Under the pieces are notes generated by a model that made no database searches, was not told the origin of the DNA, and worked only from the letters and a program-made list of their open reading frames with translations. A DNA stretch of 63,959 bases, counting the filler, from Basidioascus undulatus (taxonomy: Eukaryota), in the NCBI GenBank assembly GCA_000826855.1. It is 8 parts of 8 records of this genome, joined end to end, with 100 filler letters (N's around TTAATTAATTAA, not from the genome) between each part and the next. Parts side by side here need not be neighbours in the genome. Positions count along the whole stretch, not along the records: positions 48,014 to 53,347 come from JTLS01001960.1; positions 53,448 to 58,780 come from JTLS01001961.1; positions 58,881 to 63,959 come from JTLS01001998.1; 5 more parts are not named here. The stretch is one strand, 5' to 3'. Position numbers and translations under genes: made by a program. Positions 50,236 to 61,395 of this stretch are shown here, piece after piece. Within the stretch, counting starts at the first letter, position 1. Each line of letters starts with the position of its first letter.

Positions 50236-50853
50236 ATGTCCCGGAGATTCTATGAGGAGGTACCTCTTCTCCTTCCTTTCCGTCCTCCACAGTCTGACCT
50301 CCCTTCCCCCCGCAGGCGATCGATGCATACACCCCCGACGAGCTCTTCCATTCCCTCTCGGGCGATCCCGCCTCCCCCTTCCCAACGTCCATCCCTTACA
50401 CCGAGTACACGCGTCTCTACACAGCCGCCTACATCGCGTGCACGTCGCTCGACGACCCCGATCCGGAGCCAGCCCCCCAACGATGGAGCGGTCTCATGAA
50501 GCGAGCCGGCGGACGCATGCCCACGTTGCAAGACCGCTCACACAAGAAGCCGCGCGAAGAGGAGGACTGCTGAGCGGGTTGGGGAGGAGGGGGTCGGCTG
50601 CAGGTTGGGCGAGAGCTGGAAGGAGTGGAAGGAGAAACTGAAGTGGTTGGATAGGCTGTTCATGTACTTGGCAGGTCTTATTTCCTTCAGTGGCGTGCAG
50701 TTTCACACGACAGGACGCTAATAAGCTGAACCTTTTCTGATACAGTCACGGTATTACATCCTCGGCGTGCAGGGCGCGGCGGAGAAGGACATACAGCCTT
50801 TTCAAGTGCTGGGGAAGAGGAGCTGCGAAAGGCGTCGGAGGTTTGTTTCGTAG
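50236..50853 (+). pseudogene. Stand-alone cullin N-terminal (repeat 1)-like gene with frameshift(s)
   Basis: Exons 50236-50259, 50316-50670, 50746-50853. YTEYTRLYTAAYIACT and WKEWKEKLKWLDRLFMYL|SRYYILG match the cullin helix-2 and helix-4/5 patterns; the two motifs are in different frames (TGA at 50571 in the first); final stop at 50851. Confidence 0.6.
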
Positions 50854-51466
50854 TCGAAAGCGGGGTCGGGATCTGCGTTGGTTTAGTGGCTGTGGACTAT
50901 CGAATTGGGCAGTCAATTAAAACCATTCCGCATGTGCTGTGACATGCCTATGAGATCAGAATAGCCAGATAACAAAACAAGGCTGAAGAGATCGCAAGTC
51001 TGTCCGGCTACAGCCCCGGCGACGGGCTGGATGGCCCCGCAATGGGTGTCAGTAGCGTTCTTTCACCGTGACTGTCGCCTGACATGCAACCCCATGCGCC
51101 GATGACCGACGCAAGAGCACTTGTTCGGAAGCGGGCACTGCCGATTACATGTTTTTCACAGCGCAAATAATTATTCCCTCTTGTGTAACTGACTTTGCTG
51201 CAGCTTGCAAGGCATGCGCGATGTCATCTTTCCGCTTCCGAGAGCGTATTCAAGTCGCAGGTCTGTAATGAGCGCTCCGCTCGGACGCCCGTCGGAAGAG
51301 TTCCTGCACTGTTTGAATCACCAGACATGGCAGGATTGTTATCAACCGTCGCCATCAAAGCACTGACAATCCCTCTTCCCCGGGCCTTCCACAGTCCCGC
51401 ACCTTTCCTCCGCAAGCCTCGGCTCATTGCCTGCATCCCTCAAACAGCCCGCCCCAGAGTAAGCTC

Positions 51467-52610
51467 TTAGACCCTACAATCCCAACCCGCAAAGATCGAC
51501 GCACAATCAAAGATCACGCCCCAGCTGCGTTCCAGCGAGTGACCGCTGGAGCACCCGCCAATTTCAGCTCGGCTGGCGGCTTCGAGGAGCAGACCAGGAA
51601 CTTCACGCACAAAAATGGGTTGCTCGGGTCGCCCTTGGGGAACCACTCAGCTGTGTCGTTGTGGATCGGGTCGTCTGGAGGAGCGTAGAGCATGCGCTGT
51701 GTCTCGGTGTATGCCGAGAGAGGGTTGGCGAGGATCCGCGCCCGAGAGACGATGAACTGGCCAGCCCAAGTTACCTATAATGGCGGCAGGTGTTATTCCC
51801 AAGCCAATATCGCAAAACAAGACGAGGGAAGGGGGCTTGGGCCGGACGAACCAGCTGCGTCTCCTCCTCCGGGCACTTGGTCCCCCGAAAGAGCTCCCAG
51901 ATCCGGACCATCTGCGGGTATATCAAGCCTTGGTCGGTGTGGCCGCACTGGCCGGTGCGGTACGGCGCGAGGGAGAGGAAGCCAGTGTTGCGCGAGATGA
52001 AAGGGAAGCGGCCCATGCCGACGTTACCCCACGCCATGTGGCCCTGCACAAAGAGCGTTTTGTCTGCGAGTGTGCGCGGGGAAGAGGGGGAGGTGGTGTC
52101 TGGGGAGGAGGAAGGGTAGTGCGTGATTATGTGGTGTAGGTATGCTCCGCCTGCCGGAGTGTCTTTAGTTCGTCCTTCGAAAGAGCTGTGGGCGACGAAG
52201 GGGTGGACCTCTAAGAACTCACCTTCTCGTCCAAGATTCTCCAACCGCTCCCAGTGGTCCACCCACCCCTGCCCGTCCAACCACTCATTCATCCTCACCC
52301 CCTGCTGCTCCTCCGGACCCTTCAAATAGACCACATTCCGGATTCTGAACTTCCACCCCAGCCGCATGTTGATTCTCCGCACATGGCGCTCGAGCCCGTC
52401 TCGCACGCCAAGGTCCTCCTCGTAGTGCGCGTAGACGACGTCGAGCGCCGCGCGCGTGCGGAAGGCGGCGAAGGAGGTGTAGACGCTGTGCAGCGCTGGG
52501 GGTACGAGGAGGAGGAGAAGCAGGTAGAGGATGATGTGCCGCGACGGAATTCGAAAGGAGGGGGAGGACGAGGAAGAGAACGGCAACAGAGATGCTGCTT
52601 TGGAATACAT
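51467..52610 (-). CDS. DUF3431-family membrane-anchored protein
   Basis: N-terminal TM (IILYLLLLLLVPP), VVYAHYEED, LENLGREG|GAYLHHIITHY, LADKTLFVQGH, TGFLSL, WAGQFIVSRARI, GHSLERSWGVIFDC. Confidence 0.82.
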
Positions 52611-53262
52611 GCCCCTCGAGGCCCTCTGGCAGAGGGTGCGGGTCGTGAACGTCGTGAAAGAAGAATACCAACATGTCAATTCGCACTTCATGATACGGTC
52701 TTTCTTTGGCACCGCCATGTGTACCGTAGGTACCGCCAAGCGCAGCATGTGGCGACACGGCGAGTTTGGGCCAGTCCGCAAAGACGGTATGGTAAGGCAG
52801 TGCACGCGGACAGCCCTGACACGCGGCGGTTGTGGTCCGCTGCTCTTCCGAATCGGCGGGGCCTCTGCACGTGGCACTCACACACTTTCAACATGTACTT
52901 TTTTAAAAAAACGTATAGCGCTGATGAAAAATAACTTGGCGAGGCCAGCCCGCACTGTGGAAGCGATGCAGCAACCGTTCGTTTGAGGCTTTAACACTGA
53001 GGAAGCCGCGAAAATTTGGCCAAGTCGGTAAATGCGGTCGTTGAACCTGCATTCATTAGGCGTCACCACCGTCAGAATTATAAATTATGTCACTCTCCTG
53101 CCATAAATAGTCCGACAGGAGACCGTAAAAGGGCTACAATGCATGTCAAATCCGGCTCGAGAAGACTCTGTCTGTCCTGGTTTTCCGTCGCGCTTCGACT
53201 GCGAGGCAGAGGTAGACAGTCGGTACGGAGAGAAGATGCAGGGGGGGTTAGAGTGATGCTTT

Positions 53263-53322
53263 GCAGTCCGCAGTCCGCAGTCCGCAGTCCGCAGTCCGCA
53301 GTCCGCAGTCCGCAGTCCGCAG
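53263..53322. repeat. (GCAGTCC)8 heptamer tandem repeat
   Basis: Eight perfect 7-bp units plus GCAG, 25 bp from the contig end. Confidence 0.95.
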
Positions 53323-54362
53323 GAGGGCTTCTTCTTCTCTTCCAGAGNNNNNNNNNNNNNNNNNNNNNNNNNNNNNNNNNNNNNNNNNNNNTTAATTAAT
53401 TAANNNNNNNNNNNNNNNNNNNNNNNNNNNNNNNNNNNNNNNNNNNNGGGTAGGGGAGGGTGTAGATGTCCTTGGTGAAGGGAGGGAGGGTATTCATGAC
53501 AGCCGCATCCTTGCATGCGCAAGTCACCAGGAATGTGCAGATCTACATCCCTTCACCAAGGTGCGGCCCCCCTCCGTCTCCTGTTTGAGGACTGGGTATC
53601 ATTATGCATGCGGAGCAGCTTTTGTGTTTGACAGTCTTGATCTACTCTAGCGAGGAAACACCTCGACAGCGTGACTGTCCTTCACGTAGCAGGGTGCCTC
53701 ACCAAATGCAGTTTCCTGGACAACTCACAGAACCTGGTATTTAGGGCTGGAAAATGCTGTATATATGATGACTGTCAAGAGCACGGTCAGACTGCAAGGC
53801 CAAATTGTCCTGGATAACCCTAGGCGAGCCGACGACTGAGACCTAAGGCACTCGCATGACCTGCCGTTACGATGGACCTGACGCATTTGGAAGGACAGTA
53901 GCTTCCTTCTGTCAGCTCAGGTGACGCTTTTGAGCTCATCCGTATGATTAACTTGGTTCACAAGCGAGATTTGCAAAGTGAACTGAAACTGTGACTGCTT
54001 GCCAGCCAGCATGGACACTTGACCAATAACGTTGGCCGGTGCCGGGCCAGTGGTGGGCCAACGCGTTTGATATCAAGACCTGAAACCATCTAATATACAT
54101 TTCTCTCTACGTTTTCAACCGGTTCTGATCTCCCGACGATACAAAGGGCGGGCGATGCATGAGAGGACAGCGAGTGCTTACGAAATCTCTTCTCGTCGAC
54201 CTTCCCGCCGTGCCTGTTCCTGACCTCTCCCCACTCTCAATATTAAAGCCCACGTCCACTTTGTCGTTCATATCCTCGCAGCGCACCGAGCAAAGCGAAT
54301 CACCGGAGCTGTCAGCGCCATATTTTCCTCGATCGATCACCGCCGCGCCCGCGCCGCCCGCT

Positions 54363-56887
54363 ATGCGACTCCGGCAGCTCGCCAGTCCGCTGCTGGCGCT
54401 CACATGCGTCGTCCTCTCGTCCCCCTCCTCGTCCGCCGCCGCCGCCCCCCCACCTCCCACCGACAAGGGTGTCTCCGCCGAGCATGAGCTACGAAGACTG
54501 ACCGACGCCAACTTTACAGCTTCCACCGCTCAGGGGATGTGGTGAGTCGTCGGCGAGGGCTGACGGCGAGCGAAGCGGGAAGACACCGCTGACACTTGCT
54601 CTCCGGGACCAGGCTGGTCGAGCACTTCTCGCCGCACTGTCCACACTGCAACCATTTCTTCCCGACATGGGAGAAGCTGGCGAAGGAGAACAGGCACTTG
54701 GAGGACAGGACAGGGTTCTACATGGCGCAGGTGGACTGTACCGCGCAAGGAGGTGCGTCGCCTGGCTGTTCCATTCCTGGCGAGGGTCCAGGCTGAGATG
54801 GGCGGGGGAGCTGCTCAGACTTGTGCAAGAGCAACGGCGTTAAGGAGTACCCTCAGATCATGCTGTATGCCTCCCGTCAACTTGCGTTCGATTGCCAGGC
54901 TCTGGCTGACCCCGGCCGCCGGCTGCCTGCACAGCTTCCAGGACGGCACGAAAATCGACATTTACACCGGTGACCGATCGCACGACCACCTCACCTCCTA
55001 CATCGCCCAGCACTCGACGGATTACGCCCGTCGGCCAGCCTTGCCCGCTGCGAAGGCCGCCAGCGGCGACTCGGTCGTAGCCGGCGCGGTGCTGCCGAAC
55101 CCGGAGGGCAAGGTGCTGGAGCTGGCGGACTCGACGTTTGCGAAGGCGGTGGGCGCGAAGGGCGATGGGAAGCTTGTGTGGATCAAGTTCTTCGCGCCTT
55201 GGTTTGTCCCATTCTTCCGGTGGTGCGGCCTGCTCGGTACATGGGACAAGACTGATCGGCGAGCGGCTGGGCAGGTGCACTCATTGCGTGCGTTCACTGA
55301 TGACTTCCCGGACTGAACTGAGTCACTGACGAGTAATGCGGAGAACAGAAACACCTCGCACCGACCTGGAAGCAGCTCGCTGGCCTGTTCAAGAACCAGC
55401 TCACGATTGCGGAGGTCGACTGCGACGCGCACCAGGCGCTCTGCCAGCGGGAGGGGGTGCGCGCGTACCCGACCTTGAGCTTGTTCGTGGATTGCTTTGT
55501 TCTGTCGGCCTTGCGACTGACCGACTGACAATGCGCTTCGCCAGCTACGCCGATGGCCAGAATGTCGACTACAAGGGCTCGCGCACGCTCGAGGCGCTCC
55601 AGAAGTGGGGGAAGAAGGCGTCCTCTCCGTGCGTGTGCCGACGGCCGCTTGGAACAGTGCGGGAGGGCTGACGCATGGGATGATGACAGCGGCGTCATCG
55701 ACATTACCTTGGATGACTTTGCGCGGGTCGCAAAGGACAACGAGGTCTTTTATCTGTTCCTACACACGTTCGGCACGCCGAAGGATGATGTTGTGCGTTC
55801 GCGCGGGTTCCCTCTCCCTCAAATCCAATCCTGACTTCTACTTCCACGCAGGACGCTGTTTCTCGCGCTGTGCACTCCTTCATCGGCGGGCCGCCCGTCT
55901 TCCGCTCGCGAGACCCGACGCTCTTCGAGAAGCTCTCGCTCTCCTCCCATTCGGATGCCTACCTCCTCGCATTCAAAGACCACTCAACCGTCCCCGTCGC
56001 GCACCTTCCCCTCTCGCACGTGACCAAGTCCCCGCTGAGCGTCGCGGAGCGGCAGACGGCGGTGGGGCACTGGCTGGCGGACAACAAGCTCCCGACCGTC
56101 GTGGACATTAGCACAGTCTTCTCGGACATCATGCACTCCCCGCGCCACGTGTTTGTCGTCCTCGTCGCGCTCGACCCGGCCAGCCCGGACGCCGACACGC
56201 ACAGGGAGAAGCTCCGCGAGGTCGCGGTTGCGTGGAGGAAGGGCGGAAGAACGATGGGCGACGGTGCCGGGGTCGGGGGTGGCACGGTGTTCGCTTGGGC
56301 GGACGGGAAGAAGTACAAGGGATGGCTGAAGAGTACGTACGGCATCAAGCCGAAGAATTACCCCGCCGTCGTCGTTGCGGACCCTTCGGTGCGCGTCCTT
56401 CCTAGTCTCTCGCTGTTGGAGATAGAGTGCTGATTTGTTGGCGGGGCCTGTGCAGCGCATGGAGTACTACAATGTCGACCTCGACCTGCAGCCCACCATC
56501 CTGGACGGTCCCTCGATCTTCTCCACGCTCGAGGGCGCTTACCAGGGCTTCCTGCGCCCCAAGTCCTCCCACAACTTTGCCGAGCGTTTCGCCTTCCGCA
56601 TCCGGGATGCGTTCCTGGCAGTCGAGGTTCGTCGCCCCTCCCCCTCGCTTCCCCATCCCCACGCCCTCTCAACAATCCTTGACATCGCTCCTCCCGCTCT
56701 CACGCAGGCCGCCATCCGCGCCCACCCGATCAAGATCTTCCTCGGCTTTGTCGCGTCGTTGGTGGGACTGTACGTCTGGCTCCAGCGTCCGAGCAACGTG
56801 CGTGGCGCCGGCGGCGGACGGAAGGGCGCGGTTCTGTGGGGCGAGAAGGGCGGGTACTCGCCTGGTAGTGGGAGGAGGATCGATTGA
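54363..56887 (+). CDS. Membrane-anchored protein disulfide isomerase-like protein (Eps1/TXNDC5-like)
   Basis: Signal peptide; thioredoxin domains with FSPHCPHC and FFAPWCTHC; VDC/YP motifs; redox-inactive domains; C-terminal TM (IFLGFVASLVGLYVWL) and end GRRID*. Confidence 0.9.
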
Positions 56888-57637
56888 TCTGGAGTGGCTG
56901 AGGCGCATTGCATTGTTTCCGTTATGGCCGGGGCGCTGGCCGGGGTGCGAGCGAGGATGCCCGCGTGCTAATTCGTGAAGGAGATCGACTCGAATAACTC
57001 AAGCGCAGGATGAAGATTCCACACTTCTTGGGATAGGGCGCCATACTCGCCCATCAACTTGCGCTTGTGATGTTCATCCATAAGACGGAGGTGTACACCC
57101 ATAATTGGTGGATCTTGGCTGGATAAGATGTGTAGCCTGAGGGTGTCGCTGCGCATCGACCCGCCCTCTGATATTGTTCAAGCTGTGCCCCTCTCATACA
57201 TTCAGGTCACTATATTCATTAGCTCTCTCTAAGTTTCCTTTTCGAAGCCAAAAAAACCAGAGAGAGAGAACGGCAAGACAGCAGTGCCCAGCTCAAGCAG
57301 AAAGAAGACGATTGCCAGTTGGTGTCCAGTTTGTCTTTTAACAAATTCCGAGTCTCCGCTAGATATCTTTCGTTTCTCATTCAACCCGATACCTTCACGG
57401 GTACACTTTGACAGACACGCCTTGAAAGCAAACGACGGTGAGCTGAACACACATTGCAGGCTGCAATGAGCCGGATTTTGAAGTCTCTCCCGCTCAACAC
57501 CCTCGTCACTTCAATTCCAGTTGGAAAACTTGACTTCTGAAACATGTGAAGGCTATAATACACCTTTCACTCAGGAATCCGTAGCGGTGATTGGGGCTTT
57601 GAGGATCGGAATCGATCAAATTTACTGCATGGGCACC

Positions 57638-57709
57638 TCCTCGTTGGTGTAGTGGCTAACATCGGGTGTTCTCACCGCCCAGCCCCGGGTTCGATTCCCG
57701 GACGGGGAA
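57638..57709 (+). tRNA. tRNA-Glu (CTC)
   Basis: Acceptor TCCTCGT/ACGGGGA, anticodon arm GGGTG-TTCTCAC-CGCCC, T arm CCGGG-TTCGATT-CCCGG, T-run terminator. Confidence 0.96.
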
Positions 57710-59245
57710 TTTCTTTTTTGTCACTTGCTCGGATGATGTCCTATGGGCTACGATCTTTATGAAGATTTGATGGACATCAATATCCCAGTGCTTGTGAGCG
57801 AAACTTTTCCCTATGGACCTTATGATATCCGTAGTTTTGTTCACGAGCTGCTACAGTTGCCAGGTTGATCGGAGCTGACGACTTCCTGATGTATCATCCT
57901 TCAGTATATCTCGGCAGATCAATTTCGGTGTCTTGGTCATGCGACCCGATCTGAAGCGCGCTTCCCGAGCTTCAACAAGCTGCGGCACCTCCACCGCTCC
58001 GCTCCGTTAGCTACGGTGGCGAGCCGGTATATACACCATGGCAAATGCATGTTGCTCTGACCGTCAAGTCTTCCACACCCTTGGAAACGATCTCGAGCGT
58101 TTTTGAGCGTACATTATTGAAATTTACACCGGGCACAGACTGTGATGGACGGGCCGAGCGGCAACGAGGCCGCTCTCCTCCTTTTCTCCCCGCTGTCGAC
58201 TGCCGCTCCGTTTCCGTTCACCACGCCGCAACAGGGTACAGAGCGGATCTGAGGTGTAAAATTTGAGGTCCTCCTCGCGGTACAGCCGCCTTTCAGTGAT
58301 GTCGGGGTGAGGCGACGGCAGGTGACATTCTGTGATTGCAGGCAAGCACGAGCTCCCCATCACCAGAGTCAACTTCTGCAGGGCAGTCTGTATAAGAACA
58401 AGGGGAATATTAGTGTCCCTGAGCGCTTTGACGACGAGGGGGCGCAAGCGGAAGGCAGGAAAAATTGGTGTATCCTCGGAGCGGTGAAATAAGCGCGCGC
58501 GATGCTTAGGGACATTCGGCTGCTGAGAAAGCAGCGCCTGCCGTTGCCGTCGGCGGTCTCACTCCTCGCCCATTCGCGCGCTCTGCAGCAAGGAGGCCCC
58601 GCGTTCTTCCGCTCCTGCCCTCATTGTCTTCGACGCCCCCCTCGCCCTCCCGCTCGTACTCCTGTATACGCCCATCAACGAGCCCGACTTTTACACACCA
58701 CCGACAACGACACATTCGACCGCAAAAGCGCCGCAGATCCAGCAGCGCGGGCTGTAGAATCGCCCCTCCCGACACCCCATNNNNNNNNNNNNNNNNNNNN
58801 NNNNNNNNNNNNNNNNNNNNNNNNTTAATTAATTAANNNNNNNNNNNNNNNNNNNNNNNNNNNNNNNNNNNNNNNNNNNNATCGCCATCGCTGCGTACCA
58901 GCGCGTAGTCCTTCCTTCCGTTCCTTTGGCAGCTTTCTTGAATTTCGTGTACCACCTCGTTCAGACACTCGCATGTCCCCATTGTTCTCCTTCACATCTA
59001 TCTGCTCCCTCAAATTCTGAATGCGAATGCGAGACTCGATCGAAACCTGTGCAGACTGCGATAGAGACCCGTAGTTTGCCGCCCACCGCAAGGGCAGGGG
59101 CCCGCTCTCCCTTCTCGGCGGGCGAGCCACGCACGCACGCCGTCATCAGCCGAGCTGTCCTGCCTCTCCTCTCTCTCTGAACCTCCTCCTCTTCCACCTC
59201 ACGTCTTCCCTCGTTCCCCTACCCCACCCCACTCTACATTAAACC

Positions 59246-60016
59246 ATGTCTTGGCAGAGTGCGTTCTTCCTTCTGCCTTTGCTGGAGGAGAGAGGAGGAG
59301 AGAGGAGAGGCTGACGTGTGGTGGGGTGACCAGCTTACGTCGACTCGAACCTCGTTGGCACGGGCAAGATTGCGCGCGCCGCAATTTTGGGACAGCAGGG
59401 CGGCGTGTGGGCGATTTCGAGCGGGTACAACGTGAGTCGGCGAGAGCGCTGGCTTGACTCGTCTGCTTGAGATTGGTGAAGGGAAGGGGATGCGGAAGGG
59501 GATGGGGGGTGGGTGGTTTGAGATGACGATGCGGGGTGGGGGATTGAAAGTAGGGATGTTGGGAGAATGGGATGTTGGCAAGATGGCGGGGTGGTGCTGC
59601 GACACTCGGACGTGGCACGGCAGCAGGGACGACGGACTGAATGCTCCGCTCTTCCCTGCCCCACAGCTCTCCCCTGAAGAGCAGTCCGCGGTGATCAAGG
59701 CGTTCTCCGACCCCGCCGCGACGCAGGCGAACGGCGTCCGCCTCGGCGGCCAGAAGTTCTTTACCCTCCAGGCGGACGACGTGCACGTCTACGGGAAGAA
59801 GCAGGTGCGTCCGCCGTCTTCCCCTTCCTCCCCTTGCTCCGTTCCCCAGAGAGTGAAGCTAAACGGATATTGGTACGCGAGCAGCAAGACGGCGTGATCA
59901 TGATCCGGACGACGCAGGCCATCCTCGTCGCCGAGTACGCCGCGCCCACGCAGCCGGGCGAGGCGACGAAGGTCGTCGAGCAGCTCGGGGATTACCTCAA
60001 GGGCGTCGGCTACTAA
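59246..60016 (+). CDS. PFY1: Profilin
   Basis: Four exons: MSWQTYVDSNLVGTGKIARAAILGQQGGVWA..LSPEEQ..ANGVRLGGQKFF..YGKKQQDG..TTQAILVAEY..QPGEATKVVEQLGDYLKGVGY*. Confidence 0.97.
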
Positions 60017-60746
60017 GCCGCTCGCTGCCTTTAGCGCTTCCACACGACGTAATCTGCATCGCATAGCTCTTTCTCCGTGCGTCCTTTCGTGCTTCTCCCG
60101 GGAGAAACATGTTGACGTGCGATGCGGGCAAGGCAGTGATTCGAATCTTGGGCTTTCATGCTCTCCCCCCCACATCCTACCCTTTATAAACCCGCCCTCC
60201 CAACCCGCGCGCATCGTACTTTCCTCGCCCCCTGCACTCCGCTTCGTTCTCGTGACAACACAGCATGTTACCTATCCCTCGCCTCATCTCGTCCCCAAAC
60301 CGAATAAAGCGAACCGACGCACCTCCCGCCCTGCTTCGCTGCGTGTCTGCGCTCACCTCTTTTCTGCTCGGATGATTGACGGCGACGGCGGCCCACTTAT
60401 CCCGCTCGCCTCGCACCCCCACGCGAGTGCGGACTGATTGGCCGCCGAGAGCGAGCGCACGCTCGGCCTCCTCGCTAGAAATCCACCGACGCTCTTGGAT
60501 TACTACGGAGTCGAGTCGACCGGAACGCGAGGGACATCTTTTGACATTTTCGGAATGGTTATATGGCGTGAGCGGGTGTGGTATTCTCCATTCCCCCGAT
60601 TTCCGAGCTGTCCTTTGCTGCATTCTGAGAGTGCTCGGTGGTGGTGGTCGACACCCTATGTTGGTATGTAGAAGGCTGCCGGTCGAAGATGTTCTTCCGT
60701 TCTGACCGTCTAATATCTTCGCGGGTCCCACAACTCCTGATCGCAA

Positions 60747-60804
60747 TGTATCCAACATGATCAACTCTGCTGGGTTGTATCCAACATGATCAGCTCTGCT
60801 GGGT
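60747..60804. repeat. 29-bp tandem duplication
   Basis: TGTATCCAACATGATCA(A/G)CTCTGCTGGGT twice, one mismatch. Confidence 0.92.
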
Positions 60805-61395
60805 TGGTCCCTGGTCGTCGCCTGAGCACATCGTTCCCGTCGTTTGTTTGGCGCTCCCTCGGCCCCTCGGATGCGTTATCTCTCCTCGCCCAACCTTTGT
60901 CCACACTTGATACAGACCGTTTCGTTCGTTCCACGTTCGCCCCTCTGAGAATTAGTCCGAGAAGTACCTGCACACCTAGCAATACAACCCATATGCGAGC
61001 CAATGGAGAATGTGCAGTCGCCGGGGGTCAGACGATAAGGCGCAAACAGTCACGCGCAAGCGAGGCAGTCTGACGAGACTGCCAGTCGAGTCGAGTCCCC
61101 GTCGCGCCCCTGGCCTGCCTGCTTGCCCTGTGTCCGGTCCTGCCCTGCCTTGCCTGCCACCCCACCTCCTCCTCCCCAATCTTCCTATTCCCCACTCTAC
61201 AGCGCTTTGTTGCATCCCCCCACACTCCACTCTGGATCAGTCTCCCTACGCTCCCCAACCCCCACACACTCGCTCCCTGATCCCTCAATTGAATCGATAG
61301 TCCGGGGCTCGCATCTCACGTCCGAGAACCGAGCGAGCTGCCCTCCCATCACGGCGTGACGCCAGCAGCACGCTCAAAGCCACACACGTATCTGA

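Noticed and set aside
45900..50853. F-box gene plus mini-cullin as a linked SCF module
   Set aside because: Separated by an artificial linker at 47914-48013; linkage is unsupported.
917..60016. Actin-cytoskeleton cluster (myosin I plus profilin)
   Set aside because: Different contigs; co-occurrence is chance.
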